Positions 19,721 to 28,131 of a DNA stretch of 64,000 nt are shown piece after piece. This DNA is from Candidatus Bathyarchaeota archaeon (GTDB lineage Archaea > Thermoproteota > Bathyarchaeia > Bathyarchaeales > Bathycorpusculaceae), in the NCBI GenBank assembly GCA_963733095.1, contig CAVTBV010000012.1:224001-288000 (forward strand), given 5' to 3'. The notes under the pieces are model-generated. The model was not told the origin of the DNA. It saw only the letters and a list, made by a program, of their open reading frames with translations, and made no database searches. How positions within the stretch are numbered: position 1 is the first letter of the stretch; each line of letters starts with the position of its first letter. Made by a program: the position numbers and the translations under genes.

Positions 19721-20301
19721 CGGTGTATTCAAGTTTACCCAAAATAGGAATTATAGATTTCTTAGCTAATATGAGCAAAAAGAGGTTCAATTTCAGAGTT
19801 ACAACAAGCCGTTTTACATTCTTTGCAATGTTAAGCAGAAGCCAAAAAATAGAAGGCATGACAAGCAGAGTTTACGACGAAAACGGAAAACCAACTAACA
19901 AACATTATGTATTTTTTGATATTGAAGGTATATCTTTAGAAGAAGCTAAAAAAAAACTTAAAAAAATTCAAAAAAAATACGGCTTAAGCAATATTTACTT
20001 AACAACAGACAACAACGGCAAAACTTATCGAGGATGGTGCTGGAGCATTGTTACTTTTTCAACTTACCGTAAAATTCTCATTGACAGCGAGAACATTATA
20101 GACAATGGGTTTGATTTTTACACAAATAAAAGGAAAGAAGCCACTTTGAGACTTAGCCAAAAAGAAGGCAGACCTTTCCAAACTTGTACCGATGTTATTG
20201 AATCGTTTTTTGTTCCCTTTCCAACTGGGAAGATACGACGAATTATCTACTATACTGGATGCGAAAAGAAAGGTACAACACTTAATTTAGGAGTTGATTA
20301 G
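19717..20301 (+). CDS. Putative minimal archaeo-eukaryotic primase (AEP)-like protein
   Basis: hhhDhE motif VFFDIE; motif-II-like IYLTTDNNGKTYRGW (His position is Arg); IID; TLRL. Confidence 0.45.
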   Translation: MTVYSSLPKIGIIDFLANMSKKRFNFRVTTSRFTFFAMLSRSQKIEGMTSRVYDENGKPTNKHYVFFDIEGISLEEAKKKLKKIQKKYGLSNIYLTTDNNGKTYRGWCWSIVTFSTYRKILIDSENIIDNGFDFYTNKRKEATLRLSQKEGRPFQTCTDVIESFFVPFPTGKIRRIIYYTGCEKKGTTLNLGVD

Positions 20302-20710
20302 TACGGATAAATTTCCTGAGGCTTTTAGACGATTCAAGCAAGATGTTCCTACACGACAAATTAAGACTTTTAGACAGCTAACTTTAGCTTTCGGTTCTTG
20401 GGCTGGTGAAAAATGGAGAGGCACAAACAGACAGATGGATGCTTTGGCTGTTCAAGCAAAAAGATTAGGGATTCCACTTGAGGATTGCCGTATGAAACGG
20501 CAACAGGTTAGAGCTATATTTTGTAGGGCTTCGCGACAGACTGGAATTCAAGGGAGAGAGAAGTTTTCAAGAAGTTATAGTAATTTTCACCAGTGGCAAA
20601 GCAAGACTGCAAGAACAACAGCATACGAGAGAAGAATCATTAATTACATTAGGAATCATCCGAATGCAAGTTTAGCGGAGGCGCGAGGTCATAGAGCAAA
20701 GAGGTCTTAA
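20294..20710 (+). CDS. Highly basic hypothetical protein (possible DNA-binding)
   Basis: Arg/Lys-rich; C-terminal YERRI...HPNASLAEARGH; overlaps previous gene. Confidence 0.6.
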   Translation: MISTDKFPEAFRRFKQDVPTRQIKTFRQLTLAFGSWAGEKWRGTNRQMDALAVQAKRLGIPLEDCRMKRQQVRAIFCRASRQTGIQGREKFSRSYSNFHQWQSKTARTTAYERRIINYIRNHPNASLAEARGHRAKRS

Positions 20711-20764
20711 CAAGACCTCAATTTTTTTTGTGCAATATTTGGTCATCACAATTAGCAAAACTAT

Positions 20765-21715
20765 TTGTATTTTTGCTGTTCATACATCAATAACATGGTT
20801 GAATTAAGAAACGATATCTTCATTAATTTAAAGGATAACACAAGGCAAACAACTATTGAAAAATATTATGTTGATGAAGCATTCGAAGCAATGGGACACT
20901 TATTTGACAACAAGGACAAATTCGTTGATTACCTGAACTCCATCAAGAACCCTGCTGATGCAGAGCTATTTGTCAGGATGAGTTCGTTTTACTTAATCGC
21001 TAAGAAATATGAAAAGTCTATTCCCGCTAAACTGATTATGATTATTTCTATTATTGAGAGAATATCTAACAAAAACAGAGATTTCATTACAATGGATAAT
21101 TGGATAATTAATCAAGATAATAAAATTAGAGAGTATCTTTCTAAGTACGAAGAAGTTAGCATGGAGCAGTTCAAAGAAGTTTTTGAATTGCTCAGGGAAG
21201 ATTACTTTAAAATTTTTGGTTCTCAAAGAAATTTTTTCGCCTTTTTTAAGACGGTTTCTTTAGATGACAAGATTAAAATCATAAAATCTTTTAAGACTCA
21301 AAGAGTAAAAATTGTTGAAGGCGTTTTTGCTAAGTATTTTGAGGAACGGCTTAAACCATTTACAACGATAGATGAATTTGAAATTGCAGAAAAAAGAAAA
21401 CTTAAGCATGCACAAATGCCAGAATGTTACCACTGGAAATCATGTTATCTTGGCTATGGTCAGTGTTCTGATAAAATTAGTTGTTGGTTACATGATAATC
21501 CTGATGAGGTGGACTCGTATCTTAAGAAAACTATCAGATTAATTTATCAGATGAGAAGTAATTTTGTCCATAATGCTAAGTTATTCCTCTTGAATGAAAA
21601 AGACTCAATTTTTCTCGCCGATAGTATTGATGGTGATACCGTTTTTATAGAACTTACCGTAGAAGATTTTCAGGATATTTTCGAGAGAACATTTAAAAAG
21701 TATTTCCATACCTAA
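20765..21715 (+). CDS. HEPN-domain protein (ApeA-like, putative defence RNase); start probably ATG 20795
   Basis: LIMIISIIE helix and RxxxxH motif MRSNFVH. Confidence 0.65.
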   Translation: MYFCCSYINNMVELRNDIFINLKDNTRQTTIEKYYVDEAFEAMGHLFDNKDKFVDYLNSIKNPADAELFVRMSSFYLIAKKYEKSIPAKLIMIISIIERISNKNRDFITMDNWIINQDNKIREYLSKYEEVSMEQFKEVFELLREDYFKIFGSQRNFFAFFKTVSLDDKIKIIKSFKTQRVKIVEGVFAKYFEERLKPFTTIDEFEIAEKRKLKHAQMPECYHWKSCYLGYGQCSDKISCWLHDNPDEVDSYLKKTIRLIYQMRSNFVHNAKLFLLNEKDSIFLADSIDGDTVFIELTVEDFQDIFERTFKKYFHT

Positions 21716-21737
21716 TGCCAACCGCAACAAATCCCAT

Positions 21738-21929
21738 CTTTCTGTCTGTTTGTTGTCCGAGCGAGCTAACGAGCTAACTAAAGCGAGCTAACGAACGAAT
21801 GAGCTAACTAACGAGCGAGTGTGTGTTAGTTAGTGATAAAGGTCGTAATGGTAAGGTAGTCAGTCGTAGCGTGGTCGTCGCAGTCGTAGTTTGAGAAGTA
21901 GAGAGAGAGAAAGATTAAAATTTAATCCC
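21738..21929 (-). repeat. Right terminal inverted repeat (~190 bp)
   Basis: Inverted copy of 16142-16300 with the same module order but different repeat counts. Confidence 0.92.
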
Positions 21930-21974
21930 ATCAAATCTATCGTAATTTTTGCGACCATCTTTTCAGCTATTACG

Positions 21975-22700
21975 TCACCTATCGCCTAACTCGAAAGCGT
22001 CAAATCCATTAGAGTTCCCCCAATCAACTCTATTAGCTCCGTGAAAAGTGCGTCGAGCATTTCCAACATTATTCCTTGCTTTCTCAGCTTCTACCTCTAT
22101 CAGCATCCTCTCTTTAAGAGCATCAGTCCTAATTCGTTCCCTTTCTCTGAGTTTTGCAAGTTCATCATTTTTCACCAACCTTGCAGGTTTTTCACTTACT
22201 TTTACTGGTTCATTTTGGGCTTGAGTTTTCCCTTTGAAAAAGCGTTGCGTCTCACAATTAGCGTAAATTGTAGGTTGAGCTTGGAAACAAGTCTCGCATG
22301 CTTTAGGATTATAAAGTCCTTTACTTCGTGGACAGAGGGGAATCTTGGTTTTTTGAGGAAGTTTCCATAAATGAATTTTACATTTATTACACTCTTCCTT
22401 AGCTACCAACAAACGATGCCGCCCATAAGATTCATAAACGCAATACAACTTTTTGTTTGAACCACAAAGGAGAAATTCGCAATCTGATTGAGAGTTTTCC
22501 TGTTTTTCATCATCTTGAGGAATCCCTCGATAGCGGTTGAAAATAACGTGTAAGCCCTCTTTTCGACTCATAAGAGAGTTTTCCTTAATAACTTGGTCAA
22601 GAAGTTCAAAATCGCTCGGATAAATGTCTGAGTTGAGTTTTACCGCTTTTTCGTTACCCATTTTTTTCACCTCAAAAAAAAGAAATGGGTTATTAGGCAA
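21975..22700 (-). CDS. Cys-rich hypothetical protein, third gene of the RHH-integrase operon
   Basis: Several CxxC/C pairs and coiled-coil-like C-terminus; directly follows the integrase. Confidence 0.55.
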   Translation of the reverse strand: MPNNPFLFFEVKKMGNEKAVKLNSDIYPSDFELLDQVIKENSLMSRKEGLHVIFNRYRGIPQDDEKQENSQSDCEFLLCGSNKKLYCVYESYGRHRLLVAKEECNKCKIHLWKLPQKTKIPLCPRSKGLYNPKACETCFQAQPTIYANCETQRFFKGKTQAQNEPVKVSEKPARLVKNDELAKLRERERIRTDALKERMLIEVEAEKARNNVGNARRTFHGANRVDWGNSNGFDAFELGDR

Positions 22701-24234
22701 CCTCAGCCATTACGGCTTCTTCTTGCGCGATTACTTTAAGGTCTACAGCTGTTTTGCTTTGGCTTATTAGCTCGTTGTATCGCTTCGCGTATAGAGGGTT
22801 CACAAATCGATGTATCCAATCCTTCCATGGTTCAAAAGTTTTTTCGCCTAAGATTACTGAGCGAAGTTTGTCACCTAAAGTTCCATGGTAGAAGTCGCGA
22901 ATTGTTGTGGGGTCTGTTCCGCATTGCTCTGCACAGTCGTCTAAGCTCAAGCCATGAAGCCCTGCAAGGCTTACGAAAGTGTGTTTCATTGTTGTGTGTG
23001 TTGTTGTCATTTTTCCCTCGGTTAGCCATTGTTTCTTATAACCCTGTGTCCCTTTCAGGTTGTTGCTTACGGCTTTTAATCGATAGACATGCCCATTAGC
23101 TGAGACTTTTTCTCCTTTTGCAAGTTCCTGTCCCTTCTGCGCCGTCTTAAAGCGCCAGATTCCCGCTCGATAACCCGCGGCTTTGATACTACTGCTATAG
23201 CTCTCATAGTTGTGACTGTCTGATTCCCATCGTTTGAACCAAGCGCCCTTGATGTCAAAGTCGTCTACGTATCTTTTGAAAAATGCCATAGTTTCAGCAA
23301 CGAAGTATCGTTTCACTTTGCCGCCTATCTTGGATTCCTCGACTTTTGGCTCAAACATCGCTATTGCGTTTAAATCCCAAAAGGGTTGGCAAAGATAGCC
23401 GTTTGGCGTTTTTTTACCCATATACAGTTGACTGCTAATTCTACCGCCGCCTTCAAAACCGAGCCTATGAAGAACTAGTGTGTCTACCTCGTTGATGTTT
23501 TCAACAAAGAGTTTGAGTTCGTTTTCTTGGAGGTAGTCGTCTTTTTTTCCGCCAATGTTTTTCTTTCCTGATGTATCCCACTCATCGCCCTCAAGGAACT
23601 GGAAATGTCTTTTTGATAGTGGTGAGTCTTCTATTTGCAATGCCACAAATTGCATTATGCATCTTAGTTTTGATAACGGGTCGAATTTGATTTTTCCCTG
23701 CTCGTTGTAGAAGTGCGCGTCTTTTTTGGCTTCCTGAAAATCTTCTAAGGAAAATAGTGCGGGGTCTTTTTGATTGAATTTTGCATAAAGGTATTTTCCC
23801 ATTGCCTCGACCATTTTGCCTTGGTCTGACCATTCGCCTGTTATGCGGTTTTGGTAGTGTTTCGCCAAGTATCGGTGACATAGTGTTTTGTTGTATTCGG
23901 AGACTTTGGCGTTTGCAAGGGTTTTGGAGTTTGTTGGAGAGCCGTTTGGAAAATCCTCATAGATTAGGTACAGGAAGCTTCTTTTTGAGATGTTAAGGTA
24001 GTCTGCGTATTGCATACCGTTCTTTATGGTTACTTCAATGTCATGATGGAGTGGGCTTTGGTGGAATTCACCGCGAATTATTCCTTTAAAGGGTTTTAGT
24101 TTCCATGGGTTTGTTTTTGGGTTTGCTGGTTCTGGTTTATCTTTGATTAAGTGCTGAAACAATCGGTTGATATCGGCGTCTGTTGTTATTTCGCCTCGCC
24201 TTTGTTTTGGCGAAGCGAGTATTCTATTGCTCAA
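22693..24234 (-). CDS. Divergent tyrosine recombinase/integrase (513 aa)
   Basis: DYLQENEL, GFEGGGRISS (box I Arg), EPK (Lys), HTTMKHTF (HxxR-like), GLSLDDCAEQCGTD..TIRDFY (Tyr). Confidence 0.65.
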   Translation of the reverse strand: MSNRILASPKQRRGEITTDADINRLFQHLIKDKPEPANPKTNPWKLKPFKGIIRGEFHQSPLHHDIEVTIKNGMQYADYLNISKRSFLYLIYEDFPNGSPTNSKTLANAKVSEYNKTLCHRYLAKHYQNRITGEWSDQGKMVEAMGKYLYAKFNQKDPALFSLEDFQEAKKDAHFYNEQGKIKFDPLSKLRCIMQFVALQIEDSPLSKRHFQFLEGDEWDTSGKKNIGGKKDDYLQENELKLFVENINEVDTLVLHRLGFEGGGRISSQLYMGKKTPNGYLCQPFWDLNAIAMFEPKVEESKIGGKVKRYFVAETMAFFKRYVDDFDIKGAWFKRWESDSHNYESYSSSIKAAGYRAGIWRFKTAQKGQELAKGEKVSANGHVYRLKAVSNNLKGTQGYKKQWLTEGKMTTTHTTMKHTFVSLAGLHGLSLDDCAEQCGTDPTTIRDFYHGTLGDKLRSVILGEKTFEPWKDWIHRFVNPLYAKRYNELISQSKTAVDLKVIAQEEAVMAEVA

Positions 24235-24277
24235 AGTTATTACTTTCTGAGGAATTGGATAGTGAAATAAGCCTCTA

Positions 24278-24952
24278 CTAAAACAGGCTTACGGCACTTT
24301 TGCTATCCAATTCAGCCGCATTCGAGCTGTCCTCGGTTTTGGCTGACTCCGAATTTGTTGAGGTTGGGGTAGGGAAGACAGCGGGTCTTTGTTCCCTCAA
24401 CTTGGCGAGTGCATCTGCACCAATTTTTGAAGCTAAGTAAGCTATTTGAAGAGGTGTTTGAACTGCCCGCATCTCATTGGCAATGGTGTATTCATTATAG
24501 CCTTTAGCGGTACGTGCTTTCTCAAGAATCCTATCAACTTCTTGGATTGCTTTTGATGGCTCAGTCAATTCTAATGCTTCGAATGTTCTGCGTCTATCCG
24601 CGTCGTCTTTCAGTTTTTGCCACATGTAGGTTACTTGGTAGGCGCTGTATCCACCAGCTTTATTGCCGAGCATGGTTTTCACAGTTGTCAAGTCTCTTTC
24701 AAAAAGGTAATTGCTCGTCGCTTGTATCATCCTATCAATGTCTGACGTGTTTCTGTATTTTGTAAGCAGGTCGGCTATTGATTCATCTATTAAAGAGGTC
24801 ATAGTGACCGTCCTCTCGTTTGAAAGTTCTGAGAGGCTGTCAAGATTTAGTTTTAGAAGGTTAACGCTAGTTTTTTCACGTTTGCCTTCAATGCTTTTAA
24901 TGTCGGATATTATATTAGCCATATTTTGCCCGACCAAGCGGTATGATAACAA
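24278..24952 (-). CDS. Protein with N-terminal ribbon-helix-helix domain; start probably ATG 24922
   Basis: REKTSVNL..L..L..LS.ER.VTMTSLIDESIADLLTKY RHH pattern. Confidence 0.6.
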   Translation of the reverse strand: MLSYRLVGQNMANIISDIKSIEGKREKTSVNLLKLNLDSLSELSNERTVTMTSLIDESIADLLTKYRNTSDIDRMIQATSNYLFERDLTTVKTMLGNKAGGYSAYQVTYMWQKLKDDADRRRTFEALELTEPSKAIQEVDRILEKARTAKGYNEYTIANEMRAVQTPLQIAYLASKIGADALAKLREQRPAVFPTPTSTNSESAKTEDSSNAAELDSKSAVSLF

Positions 24953-24999
24953 AAAATACCTTATAAGTTTTGTGTTTTACTCAGAAATTAGCATTTTTA

Positions 25000-25147
25000 T
25001 TGTAATAATTACAAAATTATTGTAATTTCTGAAATTTTTATCATTTCCCCTCACCACTAAAAATTAAAAAAGGGGTCATATTATTGTAATTTTTTCAAAG
25101 GCGTAGCAAACGGTTTATCACTAGTCCACTTTTTTTTGATTTGTAAT
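25000..25147. promoter_or_regulatory. Iterated TTGTAAT sites upstream of the RHH-integrase operon
   Basis: Palindrome TTGTAATAATTACAA 25000-25014 plus copies at 25020, 25084 and 25141; TATA-like CTTATAAG at 24960-24967. Confidence 0.45.
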
Positions 25148-25402
25148 CGAGAAATAAATTTAGTGCAAAAAGTAACCTCGTTTGAGTTAGTTACTGACAA
25201 GACAATTAATTACTTGCCATTTTTCACAATTATTCACAGGCACTCCTATGGAAAAAACCAGAACGAGTTGAAAACGGGTAAAAAATAAATCCCAATTCAC
25301 CGCCTTAACTGTGTTTGCCCTGAGAAATAAGCCGTTTACAGTAAAAGCACTAAAATTAACTTTCTTGCTGGTTTTCGCATGGTGACACTGAGACCGTGCA
25401 AT

Positions 25403-25511
25403 TAACACCATAAATCCATACTGAATAACACCATCAATAACACCATAAAATAGCAGTTAATCGGTTGTTGCACACTTCACCATACTTATTGCACACTTCT
25501 ATTGCACACTT
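25403..25511 (+). repeat. Right-end subterminal repeats: 3x TAACACCAT and 3x TTGCACACTT
   Basis: TAACACCAT at 25403, 25426, 25438; TTGCACACTT at 25468, 25489, 25502. Confidence 0.8.
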
Positions 25512-25538
25512 TCCCATGCTTTCACGGCTTTATTGCAA

Positions 25539-25634
25539 GTTCCAGAGTTTTCGTCGTTAGCAATTTTCCCCTTGCTTGCCTCTATGCTCTTGGTTGCAAT
25601 GGCAACAAGACGATTCAAGCGCATATCAACTTAG
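25539..25634 (+). pseudogene. Displaced native PEF-CTERM tail of gene 10607 (starts with right direct repeat GTTCCAGA 25539-25546)
   Basis: Translates VPEFSSLAIFPLLASMLLVAMATRRFKRIST* with no upstream gene body; in frame with 10607 when joined at GTTCCAGA. Confidence 0.8.
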
Positions 25635-26187
25635 TTTTAAACCGAGCAAGAGTAACCACAATAAATCCTAGATTTTTGGCTCGAGCCACTGCATGCTTTT
25701 GAACGTGTCTGCCTATCTTCATCTCGACACTATACTGCCATTGTTGGTCCTTCACCAAACACTAAGCCTGGGACAGTGGTACTTGCAAGAATGGTCCGTG
25801 TCTGCCCTCGGTGTTTCCTTATGGTTCCAGCTGGTGACTACGGTAATTTGGAGTCGGTGGAGAAGTTGTTGTTGTTGCTGCTGCTGCAACTGCATTCTGC
25901 ACATGGGTTGCAACAACTACTCTTTCAAAGTTAAACTCCCTAAGCAGATTGACGAGCAGATTGACTCAGAAGTCTTTCAGATGGCGTGTTAATGTTGCTG
26001 TTTATTGTTTTGAATTGTTGAAGATTTGGCAACTTTATCCTTAGGTAGAACAAGGTGGTCATGAAAAAATTTGAACAAAAAAGAAGATTTTGGCTCAATT
26101 GATATTTATAGTCTGCAAACCATACTTGTGGCTGAGTTTTCCAGACGGGGAAAAGCATGACAGATCAGACAGCGGTGGAGACAGACA

Positions 26188-28131
26188 ATGATTAAGTTAC
26201 CCAGCCAAGTCGCCGAATACTTTCCCTACGATAGTGTAAGACCTCACCAAGACGAATTCATCAGTACAGTCTACAACGCCGTAGCCAACCGACGCTCCGT
26301 TCTAATTGAAGGTAGCAACGGCTTAGGAAAAACAATCAGCGCACTCGCCGCCGTCTTGCCAGTGGCTATCGAGAAAAAACTCAAAATCCTCTATGTCGCC
26401 CGCACTCACCGCCAGCACGACCGCGTGATAGAAGAATTGCGAGCAGTCTTCCGAAAGCACCAGATTTCAGGACTCTCCATTCGCGGGCGAAACGAAATGT
26501 GCCTAAACGTCTTCGCTGCAAGAGGTGCTTTCGACTCTAAGTCACTTATGGAAGTCTGCGAACTTCTCAAAGCCAAAAGCAGATGCCCCTACTACTCAAA
26601 CGTTGAAGAACGCACCTACGATTACATGCAGCTTCAACAGCAAGTCGCAAGCCGCCCCTACATGGGCTCCGAAATCCAGCGAATCTGCAAGAAAAAAGAA
26701 GTCTGCCCCTACGAACTCGTAAAAGCAGGACTCTCAGACGTCCAAGTTATAGCGTTAAGCTACCTCTACGTCTTCGACCCCGTAATCCGCACAGCTTTCC
26801 TCAAGAACCTGGAAACGGAACTGCAAAAAATCATCCTCATCGTAGACGAAGCCCACAACTTACCAGAAACAGCCATCAGCATCTCAGGAAGCACACTCTC
26901 ACTGTTCGTCATGAGGGCGGCGGAAACGGAAGCCAACCGCTTCGGCAACAAAAACATTGAAGAATTCGCCCATTTCTTCCGAACAGAAGTGGAAAAAATA
27001 ACTGATAAAATAAGCCGCGAAGAAATAATCCCGGCAAAAAACATAATCGACATCATCCAAAAACAGGGAAACATTCCGCACCCCAGAGAATTCTTCGAAC
27101 ATATGCACGAAGCGGGCTCGGGCATCAAGAAAACTTTGCTGGCTGAGGGAAAGAACCCAAGATCGTATATTCATGCAATGAGTGAGTTTCTGCTAAAGTG
27201 GAATGACACTTTAGAGGATGATTCCTTCATCAACGTTGCAAGCCGATACTTCAACAAAGAAAACAACAAGACAGCAAAGCTGGAAATTGTGGCGCTTGAC
27301 CCCTCAAAAGTGACACAGCCAGTTTTCTCATCAACCTACGCCAACGTGATTATGTCTGGAACGCTTCAACCGCTTGAAGCATTTGCGCGCATAACACACT
27401 TGCCTGAAAGCACAGTAAAGTTTGTTGCACCCTCGCCGTTTCCAAAAGAACATGTGTTCTCAGCGGTTTGCCTCGGAGTAACAACGTCGATGGATAAAAG
27501 AACCCCGCAAATGTACCAAACTATGGTTGAACGTATAAACGAAGTTGTAAACAGCACCCCAACCAACATAGGCGTCTTTGCAGCATCATTCCAAGTCCTA
27601 AACTCCCTGCTAGAGGAAGGCTTAGAAAACGCGCTCCTAAAACCCCTCTTCCACGAACGCAAAGGCATGACCTCGAAAGCTAACGAGAAAATGGTCCAAG
27701 ATTTCAAAGCCTGCGGCGAAAAAGGCGGCGCAGTTTTCCTCGGTGTTCAGGGCGGCAGGACATCAGAGGGAGTGGATTTTCCAGGTAACCAGATGAACTC
27801 GGTGGTAGTTGTTGGTGTACCTTATGCCGAGCCAACACCCAGAATTAAAGCTCAAATCGAATACTACGACAAACGTTTTCCAGGATACGGACGCGAATAC
27901 GGCTACGTTTTGCCCGCCATGAAAAAAGCCCAACAAGCCGCAGGCAGACCTATAAGAACGCTCGATGACCGAGGCGCCATAATATTCTTAGATTTCCGAT
28001 TCGCAACAAACTACTGCAAAAACTTCCTTCCCAATTGGGTAACCAACGGAATGAAGGTGTTACCAGACAAAAAAGATGTCTTAGCAGTGGAAGTTAGCAA
28101 TTTTTTTAGAGCTCAAGCCTCAACTTCTTGA
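26188..28131 (+). CDS. xpd: XPD/Rad3 (DinG family) Fe-S DNA helicase
   Basis: Q motif RPHQ, GSNGLGKT, Fe-S cysteines, DEAHNL, SEGVDF, QQAAGRPIR. Confidence 0.9.
   Translation: MIKLPSQVAEYFPYDSVRPHQDEFISTVYNAVANRRSVLIEGSNGLGKTISALAAVLPVAIEKKLKILYVARTHRQHDRVIEELRAVFRKHQISGLSIRGRNEMCLNVFAARGAFDSKSLMEVCELLKAKSRCPYYSNVEERTYDYMQLQQQVASRPYMGSEIQRICKKKEVCPYELVKAGLSDVQVIALSYLYVFDPVIRTAFLKNLETELQKIILIVDEAHNLPETAISISGSTLSLFVMRAAETEANRFGNKNIEEFAHFFRTEVEKITDKISREEIIPAKNIIDIIQKQGNIPHPREFFEHMHEAGSGIKKTLLAEGKNPRSYIHAMSEFLLKWNDTLEDDSFINVASRYFNKENNKTAKLEIVALDPSKVTQPVFSSTYANVIMSGTLQPLEAFARITHLPESTVKFVAPSPFPKEHVFSAVCLGVTTSMDKRTPQMYQTMVERINEVVNSTPTNIGVFAASFQVLNSLLEEGLENALLKPLFHERKGMTSKANEKMVQDFKACGEKGGAVFLGVQGGRTSEGVDFPGNQMNSVVVVGVPYAEPTPRIKAQIEYYDKRFPGYGREYGYVLPAMKKAQQAAGRPIRTLDDRGAIIFLDFRFATNYCKNFLPNWVTNGMKVLPDKKDVLAVEVSNFFRAQASTS

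Larger units (their letters stand above)
16142..21929. mobile_element. Casposon-like element (solo Cas1 between TIRs) lacking PolB, 5.8 kb
   Basis: Long imperfect TIRs with palindromic GGGATTAAAWTTTAATC tips enclosing cas1; no cas2, array or polB inside. Confidence 0.85.
11104..25546. mobile_element. ~14.4-kb tyrosine-recombinase integrative element inserted in a PEF-CTERM coding sequence
   Basis: 8-bp flanking direct repeat; shared subterminal ACTTATTGCACACTTC (11108-11123, 25484-25499); RHH-integrase operon near the right end; RM cargo; visibly lower GC than flanks. Confidence 0.75.

Noticed and set aside
11108-25499. The 16-bp ACTTATTGCACACTTC repeat as the att core
   Set aside because: Excision there leaves a ~60-bp scar in the gene, whereas excision at GTTCCAGA restores a clean VPEF tail; not fully excluded
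25693-25992. ORF with poly-Cys tract
   Set aside because: Arises from a (GTT)n(GCT)n simple repeat at 25865-25887; no protein-like features
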